NCBI GenBank assembly: GCA_035532785.1
Contig: DATKQJ010000027.1
Location: 1,886 to 65,885, forward strand
Direction of reading: 5' to 3'
Length of the DNA: 64,000 bases
Origin: Candidatus Acidiferrales bacterium
GTDB lineage: Bacteria; Chloroflexota; Dormibacteria; Dormibacterales; Dormibacteraceae
Numbering within the stretch: the stretch's first letter is position 1; each line of letters begins with the position of its first letter. Positions 18,436 through 27,397 of the stretch are shown one piece after another. The position numbers and the translations under genes are program-made. Under the pieces are notes generated by a model. That model had not been told where the DNA came from and searched no databases. It was given only the letters and a program-made list of their open reading frames with translations.

Positions 18436-19044
18436 TCATCCGCCGGCCAGTTCCTGGGCGAGCTTGGCCTCAGCGTCTACCACCACCGCGCCGGCCTCGG
18501 CCAAGGGCACGATCACCACCCCGTCTGCGTCCGCCACCACGACGTCACCGGGCATCACCACCTGCCCCCCGATGGCGATCGCCACATTCAACCGGCCAGG
18601 ACCGTTCTTATACGGTCCAGCCGGGGTCACCGCCCGAGCGAACACCGGCATGCCCAGCTCTTCCAGTCCCTCGCGGTCACGGACCGCGCCGTCGATGACG
18701 AACCCCGCCACACCCAGCGACTTGGCCTTGGCGGCGACCAGCGATCCGATCAGAGCTCGCTTCTCATCGCCCAGGCCGTTGACCACCAGGACATCCCCGG
18801 GCCTGACCTGCTCCAGCGCCTTGTGGATGTAGAGGTTGTCTCCCGGCCGGGTCAGGACGGTGAAGGCGCTACCCACCACCGCGGCCTTGGACCACACCGG
18901 TCGGATCTGGGAATCGATCACGCCCAGCCTCTCCATGGCGTCACTGACGGTCGTCGCGGGCAGCTTCTCAAAACGCCGCAGCAGCGCGCCGTCCGCCCGC
19001 GGAAAGTCAAGTGGCGTGTCGCTCGGAGGGGCGGTTTGGCTCAT
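18436..19044 (-). CDS. RraA family protein / 4-hydroxy-4-methyl-2-oxoglutarate (HMG/CHA) aldolase-like
   Basis: ATTVSDAMERLGVIDSQIRPV, GDVLVVNGLGDEKRALIGSLVA, GFVIDGAVRD and GDVVVADADGVVIVP are RraA-like signatures. Confidence 0.85.
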   Translation of the reverse strand: MSQTAPPSDTPLDFPRADGALLRRFEKLPATTVSDAMERLGVIDSQIRPVWSKAAVVGSAFTVLTRPGDNLYIHKALEQVRPGDVLVVNGLGDEKRALIGSLVAAKAKSLGVAGFVIDGAVRDREGLEELGMPVFARAVTPAGPYKNGPGRLNVAIAIGGQVVMPGDVVVADADGVVIVPLAEAGAVVVDAEAKLAQELAGG

Positions 19045-19260
19045 CGGTGCGCTTCCTTTTCAATCAAGTTCGCCGGCGGTCGGATCGGGATTCCAATCTC
19101 CAAACGCAAACTATGACGCTGGGATGGGTGCGGCGGGGAGATGAAAACCACCCAGAACAGAGGGCGGTCTCGGTGCTCCCACGGTCGTCGGCTGAACAGC
19201 AGAGGAGTTTTGGCGGGAGGGCGGAGCCGGGCGTCGGCTCCCCTACGATGGGCTTGGAGC

Positions 19261-20382
19261 ATGACCGAACTTCGAATTGCGGCCCTCGCCTCAGCCCTTC
19301 TCCTGGTCGCCGGCTGCGGGGCGGCTGAACCATCCGCTCAGCGCTCACCCACGCCCCTGCCCTCCATCTCGCTGCCACCCTCACCGTCACCCTCAGCCGC
19401 TCCCTCGCCCACGCCGCTGCTTCTCCCCAACGCCCCTAACATCCACGTGCCCGCCGGGTTCCGCGCCCAGATCTACGCCAGCGGCCTGGCCGCGCCGACC
19501 GCCATAGCGGTTGGCCCCGACGGACGCCTCTACGTTGCCGAGCAGTCCGGCAACGTGGTGGCCATGACCCCCGGTGGCGTCGGCCAGGTGGTGACGCGCG
19601 GCCTGCGTATCCCACTCGGTCTGGCTTTCGACGGCAACGTCCTACTGATCGCCGTCCGCGGGGGGCTGGAATCACTCCAAGGAGGCACACTCCGCCCGCT
19701 CGTCAGCGGCTTGCCCTCTGGCGTTCACCAGCAGGATGGACTGGCCGTCGCCGCCGACGGGAGCATTTTCCTGGGCAGCGGATCGACCTGCGATGTGTGC
19801 CAGGAGTCGGATCCTCGGAGCGCCGCCATTTTGCACCTCAACGCCGACGGCAGCGGGCTTCAGGTGTACGCCAGCGGCACCCGCAACCCGTACGGGTTGG
19901 CCATCATGCCGTCCACAAATTCGCTCTACTCGACGGTCAACGGACAGGACAACCTGGGCGCCGGCGAGCCCGCCGACGCAGTGATCAAGGTGACCCAGGG
20001 AGCGTTCTACGGATGGCCGCGGTGCTGGCCCAACCTCAGCGCCCGGGCGCTGTCGGGAATCTGCCAGGGGGTCACCGCCCCGATCGCCTATCTGGCCGCC
20101 CACACCTCGGCCGATGGTTTCGCCATCTACTCCGCGGCCAGCTTCCCGGCCGCCTATCAGGACCATGCCTTCGTGGCTGAGTGGGGTGCCAACAGCGGTG
20201 GTTCAACCGGACGGGATCTGGTCGACGCCACGCTGGTTGGCACCGCGGCAGGTCGCGTCAACGAATTCGCTACCGGCTTTTCCCATCCCATCGGGGTGGC
20301 GGTCGACCCACTGGGGGCCCTGCTCGTGGCTGACTACGGCAGCGGCCGGGTGTACCGGATCCAAGCTGCGTCCGGTCCCTAG
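19261..20382 (+). CDS. secreted lipoprotein, PQQ-dependent sugar (glucose/sorbosone) dehydrogenase-like beta-propeller
   Basis: ATG at 19261 gives MTELRIAALASALLLVAGCGAAEPS (lipobox LVAGC) followed by a Pro/Ser linker. GTRNPYGLAIMP and GAFYGWPRCW resemble GSDH-family motifs. Confidence 0.8.
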   Translation: MTELRIAALASALLLVAGCGAAEPSAQRSPTPLPSISLPPSPSPSAAPSPTPLLLPNAPNIHVPAGFRAQIYASGLAAPTAIAVGPDGRLYVAEQSGNVVAMTPGGVGQVVTRGLRIPLGLAFDGNVLLIAVRGGLESLQGGTLRPLVSGLPSGVHQQDGLAVAADGSIFLGSGSTCDVCQESDPRSAAILHLNADGSGLQVYASGTRNPYGLAIMPSTNSLYSTVNGQDNLGAGEPADAVIKVTQGAFYGWPRCWPNLSARALSGICQGVTAPIAYLAAHTSADGFAIYSAASFPAAYQDHAFVAEWGANSGGSTGRDLVDATLVGTAAGRVNEFATGFSHPIGVAVDPLGALLVADYGSGRVYRIQAASGP

Positions 20383-20430
20383 CCGGGATCTCAGATCGGC
20401 ACTTCCCCCGGGGGTCGTGGCCTCAACCCG

Positions 20431-21312
20431 TCACACGAAGGCTGGCAGCACGTCCTTGGCTATCGCTTCAACCTGCCCAATATCGAGCACCGTGGGTAGG
20501 TAGAGGAGTAGGTCCAAGCCCGCCGCCGCGAACTGGCGAGCGTTTTCATTCAGAACGTCTGTGCTCCCTCGGACGACCATCTTGTCGAAGGGCAGGCTGG
20601 GGTTGCGATAGTAACGCAGGAGGTCGTGGCTGGCCTCGGCCAAGACCTGATCGGGCTCGCCCACCGCGAAGTATTGAATCTTGTAGAAGAGGTACTCCGG
20701 CTTGCCCGCGGCGAGCGCGCGGGCCTTGATGACGGGAAGTTGCTCCGCCACCGCGGTCGGTGACACACCGCCTCCGAAAATGAATCCGTCGCCGATCTCA
20801 ACCGCGCGCTTCACGGCCGCCTCGGCCGCCCCTCCGATCAGGATCGGGATTCCATCAGGTTGCTTGGGAGCAGGTCCGTTCACCCCCTCCTCCCGGGTCG
20901 ACTGCCGAGCAGCACTCCAGACCTCGCGCATGCGCTCCACCTGACGGCGCAGGCGCGGTCCCCGGGCCGCGTAGGGCGCCCCGGTGACCTCGAAATCATC
21001 CGGACGCGAACCAATTCCCAGGCCAAGCTCGACGCGGCCGTCCGACAGCTGATCGATCACTGCCGCCTGCTTGGCGACCTCAACCTCGTTTCGAATCGGC
21101 AACACGAGCACCGAGGTGAGCAGGCGAACGCGATCGGTCACCGCCGCCGCCGCCGCCAATGAGGTGAGCACGTCCCAGGAATCGTAGTTGGGCCGATCGA
21201 GCGTTCCGAGCGCGTGAAATCCGGCCTCGTCGGCAGTTTTGGCCCATGCGAGAAAGAGGCTGCGATCCAGCCCCCAGGGCATGGCCTGAGGTAGTCCGAG
21301 TCCAAGTTTCAT
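20431..21312 (-). CDS. luciferase-like monooxygenase (LLM) family oxidoreductase (flavin- or F420-dependent)
   Basis: MKLGLGLPQ...AEEAGFHALGTLDRPNYDSWDVLTSLAAAAAVTDRVRLLTSVLVLPIRN...DQLSDGRVELGLGIG is a typical LLM N-terminal TIM-barrel pattern. Confidence 0.85.
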   Translation of the reverse strand: MKLGLGLPQAMPWGLDRSLFLAWAKTADEAGFHALGTLDRPNYDSWDVLTSLAAAAAVTDRVRLLTSVLVLPIRNEVEVAKQAAVIDQLSDGRVELGLGIGSRPDDFEVTGAPYAARGPRLRRQVERMREVWSAARQSTREEGVNGPAPKQPDGIPILIGGAAEAAVKRAVEIGDGFIFGGGVSPTAVAEQLPVIKARALAAGKPEYLFYKIQYFAVGEPDQVLAEASHDLLRYYRNPSLPFDKMVVRGSTDVLNENARQFAAAGLDLLLYLPTVLDIGQVEAIAKDVLPAFV

Positions 21313-21458
21313 CGAGTGTCAACCTCCCACAAATCGGTTGCCGTCGGTGGTCTGCGAGTGCGGCCCAGCGACCGCGGGCCAGGCGCCTGAGTCGACACGC
21401 CGCTCGGTCGGTTCTGATCAGACCGGAGAGTCACCTGGCCACCCCCTAGGCAGAGTTC

Positions 21459-22370
21459 TCAGATCGCAAGACCGGCCATTTTGGCGAGGACGGAAAAGAG
21501 GATCGAAAAATCCTCCTCTTGCCATCCCAGGGCGGCCGCACCACTCAGCATCTGGCTGGTCATGGCTGCGGTGGGGAGCGGCACCGAGAGCCGCCGCGCC
21601 TCTTCCAGAATCAGGTCCAAGTCCTTCTCCATCATCCGCGCCGAGAACGGCGCCGGGTGCGGCATTTCCAGCGTGAAGGCGGCTCGGAATGCCAGCGCCG
21701 CCGACATCGTGGCGCTCTGGGTCAGGACGGCCAGGGCGACCGAGCGCGGAATGCCCCCCTTCTCGGCCAGCGCCAGGCCCTCGGCCAGGGCCATGAACGG
21801 AACGGCCACCTGGATGTTGGCAGCCAGCTTCATCAGCGCGCCCTGGCCCACCTCGCCGACGTGGGTCACGGCCCCGCCCAGGTCCAGCAGAATCGGCGCG
21901 ACCCGGGCGGCGGCGGCGGCCGATGCCCCCATCATGAACGAGGCGCTCCCCGACCCCACCGCCCGCGGCGAACCCGAGATTGGCGCGTCCACCAACTCGG
22001 CTCCGCGCGTCGCCACCAGCGGGGCAAGCTGTCGGATGGCGGCTGGACCAACCGTGCTCAGATCGACCAGCAAGGACCCAGGTCCGAGGCCCTCCAGCAG
22101 CCCCCCCGGACCCTCGCAGACGGCCCGAAGGGCGGTTGCGTCGCTGACCATGGTGAAGGTGATGTCGACCTGGGCGGCCACCGCGCAGGGGCTGTCGGCC
22201 CACATCATGCCGAGTGCCACCAAGGCCTGACCGCGGGCGGCGGTGCGATTGTGACCGAGGACCTGGTGGCCGGCCTCCATCAGCCGCTTGACGATGGGAA
22301 TTCCCATGGTGCCGAGCCCGACGAACCCCAGCCCCGACCTCCGAGCGTCGGCCTGGACTCGATCACCCAC
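21459..22370 (-). CDS. NAD(P)-dependent oxidoreductase, 3-hydroxyisobutyrate/6-phosphogluconate dehydrogenase family
   Basis: LGFVGLGTMGIPIVKRLMEAGHQVLGHNRT (Rossmann GxGxxG), DAPISGSP, and a C-terminal helical domain (KDLDLILEEA). Confidence 0.85.
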   Translation of the reverse strand: MGDRVQADARRSGLGFVGLGTMGIPIVKRLMEAGHQVLGHNRTAARGQALVALGMMWADSPCAVAAQVDITFTMVSDATALRAVCEGPGGLLEGLGPGSLLVDLSTVGPAAIRQLAPLVATRGAELVDAPISGSPRAVGSGSASFMMGASAAAAARVAPILLDLGGAVTHVGEVGQGALMKLAANIQVAVPFMALAEGLALAEKGGIPRSVALAVLTQSATMSAALAFRAAFTLEMPHPAPFSARMMEKDLDLILEEARRLSVPLPTAAMTSQMLSGAAALGWQEEDFSILFSVLAKMAGLAI

Positions 22371-22420
22371 CGCAGCGTCTCCGCCGGCCCGGGCGCTCGC
22401 CCGCGGGCGATGGCTGCAAA

Positions 22421-23395
22421 TTACGGAACATCAACCAAAGCCTTGCCCAGCAGACCCCGCTCGACGGCATCGTGGGCAGCGGCGATCTGATCGAGCGCGA
22501 AGCGCGTGACCGGAAGGGGCGTCAACACGCCCGCCGCGAGGGCGTCCTGGACCGCCCTTGCGGCGACGGCCTTGTCCGGCTCGGGAATGGAGTAGATGAG
22601 GATGAATCTGAGCGTGGCATTTTTGGCCATCAGGGCCTGGGTGCCCAACCGCAGTTCCTTTTGGTCGGCGGCATAGATGACGATGGTCCCATTCGGCCGG
22701 AGCACGGCCGCATCGAGCTGCGCGTTGGCGCTCGGGGCCAGTTCGATAATTCGATCCACCCCATCTGGTGCGCGCTCCCGGATGCGATCGGCCGCGTCCG
22801 GCTGGCGGTAGTAGAAAACCTCATCGGCGCCCGCCACGTGCGCCAGGGCGGCCTTCTCCGGGCTGCTGACCGTGGCCAGAACCTGAGCCCCGGCGCGCTT
22901 GGCGAGCTGGATCGCGAAGTGGCCCACCTGACCCGCCCCGCCAGCCACCAGGATCACTTCACCACCCGGGTCTCCCCCGGCAAAGAGCGTTCGATGGGCG
23001 GTCATGGCGGGGATGCCAACCGAGGCTCCAAAATCGAACGAGACGGATTCCGGCAGATCCACGGCTCGTTCCGCCGGGACGCATGAATACTCCGCCGCTG
23101 TCCCCTGGGAGCGCTTGTACGCGGCGTGGTAGACCCAGACCCTCTGACCGATACGGGAGCGATCAACCCCCTCGCCGACCGCGTCGATGACTCCGGCGCC
23201 ATCCTGATTGGGGATCACGAAAGGCAAGGTCATCGGTCCAGACCAGCCGCTGCGGGCCTTCCAGTCGGTCGGGTTAACGCCAGAAACCCGAATCCGAACC
23301 CGGACCTCTCCAGGCAGCGGCTCGGGACGCGGCATCTCTTCGATTCGCAGCACCTCTGGGGCGGGTCCGTGGCGGCGGTACACCGCCGCCCGCAT
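22421..23395 (-). CDS. NADPH:quinone oxidoreductase / zinc-type alcohol dehydrogenase superfamily (MDR)
   Basis: ATG at 23395 gives MRAAVYRRHGPAPEVLRIEEMPRPEPLPGEVRVRIRVSGVNPTDWKARSG. The nucleotide motif is LVAGGAGQVGHFAIQLAKRAGAQV. Confidence 0.85.
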   Translation of the reverse strand: MRAAVYRRHGPAPEVLRIEEMPRPEPLPGEVRVRIRVSGVNPTDWKARSGWSGPMTLPFVIPNQDGAGVIDAVGEGVDRSRIGQRVWVYHAAYKRSQGTAAEYSCVPAERAVDLPESVSFDFGASVGIPAMTAHRTLFAGGDPGGEVILVAGGAGQVGHFAIQLAKRAGAQVLATVSSPEKAALAHVAGADEVFYYRQPDAADRIRERAPDGVDRIIELAPSANAQLDAAVLRPNGTIVIYAADQKELRLGTQALMAKNATLRFILIYSIPEPDKAVAARAVQDALAAGVLTPLPVTRFALDQIAAAHDAVERGLLGKALVDVP

Positions 23396-23553
23396 CGGCT
23401 CAGCGCTCACCTGCGGAGTTGGGCAGAGTGTGGAGGCATGCCTGTCAGGGTATTCCCCAAGAGCCGCCTTGGCCATATCCCTGGTTCGATCCGTGGCGGA
23501 CTCTACCTTCGCGGAGGCTGAATAGGTGCGGCCCGAAAGCGGTTCCAGTCGGC

Positions 23554-24261
23554 ATGAAGGTTGATATCTGGTCCGACGTCGTCTGCCCCTGGTGCTATAT
23601 CGGCAAGCGACGCTTTGAGAGCGCGCTGGCTGATTTTGCCCACCGCGACCAGGTGCAGGTGCGATGGCGAAGCTTTGAGTTGGATGCCACCACCCGGGAT
23701 AGGGGGGAGGAGGATCTGACCGGACGGCTGGCCCGCAAATACGGAATCAGCCGCGAGCAAGCCGGGACAATGAATTCGCGGGTCACCACGGCGGCGGCCG
23801 CCGAGGGCCTCCAATACCGATTGGACATCGCCCGCCCGACCAACACCCTGGACGCGCACCAACTGCTTCATCTGGCTGCCGAACACGGTCTCCAAGACCA
23901 GCTGAAGGAGCGGCTGATGGCCGCCTACTTCACGCAGGGGGCCGCCCTCAATGATCGCGAGACGCTCCTGCAGCTGGCCGAGGAGGTCGGCCTCGATCGG
24001 GCCGCGGCGGCAGAGGCGTTGGATCAAGAGGCGTTCGTCAGCGCGGTTCGGGAGGATGAGACCGAGGCGGCGCAATTGGGAATATCGGGAGTTCCCTTCT
24101 TCGTGATAGACGGGCGCCTTGGCGTATCGGGAGCGCAGCCTCCCGAGCTCTTTCTGGAGGCCCTCGGCGCCGCCTGGAACGAGGCCCACCCGCCACCGGC
24201 GTTGAACACCATCGGCGGTCAGGGACCCAATTGCGAGGATGGTTCCTGCGAGATCGCCTGA
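23554..24261 (+). CDS. DsbA family oxidoreductase (FrnE/HCCA-isomerase-like thioredoxin fold)
   Basis: ATG at 23554 gives MKVDIWSDVVCPWCYIGKRRFE with a CPWC active site. GISGVPFFVIDGR near the C-terminus is typical. Confidence 0.85.
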   Translation: MKVDIWSDVVCPWCYIGKRRFESALADFAHRDQVQVRWRSFELDATTRDRGEEDLTGRLARKYGISREQAGTMNSRVTTAAAAEGLQYRLDIARPTNTLDAHQLLHLAAEHGLQDQLKERLMAAYFTQGAALNDRETLLQLAEEVGLDRAAAAEALDQEAFVSAVREDETEAAQLGISGVPFFVIDGRLGVSGAQPPELFLEALGAAWNEAHPPPALNTIGGQGPNCEDGSCEIA

Positions 24262-24419
24262 TCTGAAATGGTGGCGTCGCCTCCGCTCCGTGGCTGGGGT
24301 CGATGACGGTTGGCTCGCGGAAGCCGCCACGAAGCACGATCCGCGCAAGGCCAAAGACCAGGTCGCCACTCGATGAGGGTTGGCAAGGCGGGAGCGGCCT
24401 TGGTGCAATTGGGCCGGAG

Positions 24420-24785
24420 ATGACGTCCAGAGTCGGTATCCAGCGCGTCTACGGGCGGCAACCAACTCCGGGCACAGCGGTTCTGGTCGACCGGGTCTGG
24501 CCGCGAGGGATCAGGAAGGAGGACTTGGGCAGCGACCTCTGGATGCGAGATCTGGGACCCTCGACCGAGCTGCGGAAGTGGTTTGCGCACCGCCCCGATC
24601 GCTGGGATGAGTTTCGCCTCCGCTACCGAGCCGAACTCCAGCTGGCGCCTCAGCAGGCCTTGCTCGATCAGCTGGTCGAACTGGCTCGGAAGCAACCGCT
24701 GACTTTGCTCTATGGAGCCCGCGATACGGAGAGAAACCAGGCGCTGGTGATTCGAGAACTTCTTGACGAACGGCTGGGAGCCTGA
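24420..24785 (+). CDS. DUF488 family protein
   Basis: MTSRVGIQRVYGRQPTPGTAVLVDRVWPRGIRKEDLGSDLWMRDLGPSTELRKWFAHRPDRWDEFRLRY...LTLLYGARDTERNQALVIRELL is the classic DUF488 pattern. ATG at 24420 follows GGAG. Confidence 0.8.
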   Translation: MTSRVGIQRVYGRQPTPGTAVLVDRVWPRGIRKEDLGSDLWMRDLGPSTELRKWFAHRPDRWDEFRLRYRAELQLAPQQALLDQLVELARKQPLTLLYGARDTERNQALVIRELLDERLGA

Positions 24786-24850
24786 TCCCCACCGGGCGCA
24801 ATCAGCGGGTGCCAGCCCTGCTCTCCGAGGTTGGCGGCTTTGGATTCCCC

Positions 24851-25765
24851 TCAGATCAGCCGGAGGAGCGCGCCGCCCAGCTCGTCTTTGGCCCGCTCCG
24901 TGACCGGACCGGCCAGCACTCGGAAGGCGTCCAATTCTTCGGGCGGCGGGTCCACTACGCGGGTGCCGGCCGCCACCAGCTGAACGAGTAGCTCACGCTC
25001 ATCTCGGGCCGCCGTCATCCGCTGCTCCAGGATCGCCGCCCCCACGGCCGAGGCGAAGGCGTCACGCACGCCCGCCGGCCACGACTGGCTCTGGCGCGAG
25101 CTCAGGTACAGGCCCCGGGCGCCGTAGGCGTGAGCGGTGAGCGTCAGGTGATGATGAACCCGGTCCACGCCGTAGGCGACGAAGTTGGCCAGGGGGTTCT
25201 CCTGGGCATCCACAGCACCGCTCTTGATCATGGCCATTCCGTCCCGAAGGTCGGTCGGAACCGGGATTGCTCCGAGCGCCTCGAAAAAGTATTGATGTGC
25301 CCAATTGGGCTGCAGCCGAACGCGCAAACCTTGACAGTCAGACGGCCTGCGCACCTGCCGGTCGCGGGTGGTCAGGTGTCGAAAGCCGTTGTCCCAATAG
25401 CCCAGCGGGTCGAGCCCGGTGGTCGCGCGAGTGCGCTCGGAGAGGATCCGTCCGAGTTCGCCATCCAGACTCCGATGAGCGTGCTCGAGCGATGTGAAGA
25501 TGTAGGGGAGGTCGATGACTGCGAGCTCCGGAACCCGGGCCGCCAGATAGCTGGTGGAGAAATAGGCAGCCGTCACGCGGCCTGCCTCGACGTCGTCCAG
25601 CAATTCGTGGGCGGGTCGGCCGGAATCCAGGATGTTGTAGTCGATCTCGACCTGGACCGCATCTCCGAGATCGTGCCGCAGCCTCTCGGCGATGCTAAGC
25701 AGGGCCCGGCTGTGGCTGGTCTCGGAGGGACCATATCCGCCCAGTCGGATTTGAATCGGGCTCAT
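24851..25765 (-). CDS. DctP-family (TRAP-type) solute-binding-like protein lacking a signal peptide
   Basis: IKSGAVDAQENPLANF and DNGFRHLT are DctP/SBP_bac_7 hallmarks. The N-terminus MSPIQIRLGGYGPSE has no hydrophobic leader. Only 34 nt separate it from the upstream permease stop. Confidence 0.8.
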   Translation of the reverse strand: MSPIQIRLGGYGPSETSHSRALLSIAERLRHDLGDAVQVEIDYNILDSGRPAHELLDDVEAGRVTAAYFSTSYLAARVPELAVIDLPYIFTSLEHAHRSLDGELGRILSERTRATTGLDPLGYWDNGFRHLTTRDRQVRRPSDCQGLRVRLQPNWAHQYFFEALGAIPVPTDLRDGMAMIKSGAVDAQENPLANFVAYGVDRVHHHLTLTAHAYGARGLYLSSRQSQSWPAGVRDAFASAVGAAILEQRMTAARDERELLVQLVAAGTRVVDPPPEELDAFRVLAGPVTERAKDELGGALLRLI

Positions 25766-25799
25766 GCGCCGATCGGGTCGGCTCGGAACCGCACGGCGG

Positions 25800-26612
25800 T
25801 TAAGCCCGGGCCCGAGGTCGATACCAGGGAGCCAGTCGACCGCTCATCGACCTGACCCCGGTTCGCACCAGGATGGCGAAGGCGGCCAGGGCCACGACGT
25901 AAACGAAGGAGACGTCGTCGTGGAGGCTCTGGGCATCGGCGTAAAGCGTGTAGCCGAGGCCGGGCACGCTGGCCAGCACCTCCACCGCCACTGCGCTCGT
26001 GAAGGCTCGGCCCAGGGCGATGTCGATCCCGGCCAGAATGTGCGGCAACGAGGCCGGGAACGCGATCCCGAACCAGACCTGGTAGGGCTTGGCGCCAAAG
26101 GTGCGGCCGACATCGAGAAACGACTTTGATACCGCCCGGGCCCCATCGGCGGTGGTCATGGCGACGGGAAGAAAGGCTGACAGGATGATCACCACCATCC
26201 TGGTCTTGTCGTTGTATCCAACCACCAGCACAAGCACTGGAATGAGAGCGATCAGGGGCAGCGAATAGAGTCCGCGGATGTATGGGGTGAAGAACCACCC
26301 AACCTCCCGAACGCGGCCCATCAGCAAGCCCAGCACGGCTCCCGCGATGGAGCCGATGGCCACGCCCTCGACGATGGCGCCGCAGGTGGACAGCATGTCG
26401 GACCAGAAGCCGGCGGTCACAATCACCGACGGGATCGCCGCCGCGATGGTGGTGGGGCGCGCGACGTAGGCGGGAAGCTTGGACCTCACCCCCACCTCCC
26501 ACAGCAGCAGCAGAATGACTCCGGTAAAGACGGGCAGCGCGTTCCATGCGAATTCTCCCGCCCGCACCCCGGCCGGCCGTGCCAGCGTCAGCCGACGGTC
26601 TCGTAGCGCCAT
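25800..26612 (-). CDS. ABC transporter permease (NitT/TauT nitrate/sulfonate/bicarbonate-type)
   Basis: About six hydrophobic segments with a binding-protein-dependent transport (EAA-like) region. It overlaps the preceding permease by 25 nt. Confidence 0.85.
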   Translation of the reverse strand: MALRDRRLTLARPAGVRAGEFAWNALPVFTGVILLLLWEVGVRSKLPAYVARPTTIAAAIPSVIVTAGFWSDMLSTCGAIVEGVAIGSIAGAVLGLLMGRVREVGWFFTPYIRGLYSLPLIALIPVLVLVVGYNDKTRMVVIILSAFLPVAMTTADGARAVSKSFLDVGRTFGAKPYQVWFGIAFPASLPHILAGIDIALGRAFTSAVAVEVLASVPGLGYTLYADAQSLHDDVSFVYVVALAAFAILVRTGVRSMSGRLAPWYRPRARA

Positions 26613-27391
26613 CGCACCAGATATCGCTCGATCAGTTCTCCAACCCCAACCAGCACGATCGCGAACAGGGAGACGACGAGGGTGACCGCCAGCACCTGAG
26701 CCGGGTTCATCTCCGTGGCCCCCTCGGCCAGAAGGCCCACGATTCCGACCGTGTCCAAGAAGAACTCGGCCACCAGGGTGCCGACCAGCGCCAGAGCGAT
26801 GGTCTGACGAACCCCGGTCATGATGAACGGCGTCACGTAGGGCACGATCACGTCACGCCACAGTTGCGACTCCGACGATCCGAAGTTGTCGGCTACGTCC
26901 AAGAACTGGCTTGGGATGCTGAGTGTCCCCTCCATCACGCCAAACACTATGGGGAAGACCGAGATGACGACCGCAACCAGGATCTGGGGGCCGGTGCTGA
27001 ACCCGAACACGGAGAAGACCATGGGCACCAGGGCAACCGTGGGGGTTGTGTAAAGGAGGTAGACGTAGGGCTCAAAAGCGCCCCCAAACCATCTGATGCG
27101 GGCCAGGCACAAGCCGAGGCTGATGCCGACCACGATGTCGATCAGCAGGGTCAGGAGGTAAATCTTTCCCGATACGACGAGCGCCGCAGGAATGGTCCCG
27201 TCGGCCACCAAAGCGACCAGTGTCCGCATCGTCTTCGTGAAGGGTACGAATAGGATTCCGAAATCGTTGCCAACGACTTGCCAGACCGCCAAAAGCAGCC
27301 CCACACTGAGCCCGTAACAGGAGAGCCGGATCGGTCCGGCCCTCCGTAAGCGGAACCGCTCAAGGCGGCTGGCGAAGGTCTCGTTGGTCAA
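26588..27391 (-). CDS. ABC transporter permease (NitT/TauT-type), second subunit
   Basis: 267-aa polytopic protein, paralogous in layout to 25800..26612. Confidence 0.85.
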   Translation of the reverse strand: MTNETFASRLERFRLRRAGPIRLSCYGLSVGLLLAVWQVVGNDFGILFVPFTKTMRTLVALVADGTIPAALVVSGKIYLLTLLIDIVVGISLGLCLARIRWFGGAFEPYVYLLYTTPTVALVPMVFSVFGFSTGPQILVAVVISVFPIVFGVMEGTLSIPSQFLDVADNFGSSESQLWRDVIVPYVTPFIMTGVRQTIALALVGTLVAEFFLDTVGIVGLLAEGATEMNPAQVLAVTLVVSLFAIVLVGVGELIERYLVRWRYETVG

Positions 27392-27397
27392 TCCGCC

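Noticed and set aside
23483-23492. GGTTCGATCC, a tRNA T-loop-like decamer
   Set aside because: The flanking bases do not form a T-stem (ccctg versus ccgtg are not complementary), and no acceptor or anticodon arms could be drawn. It lies at the 5' edge of a protein-coding region.
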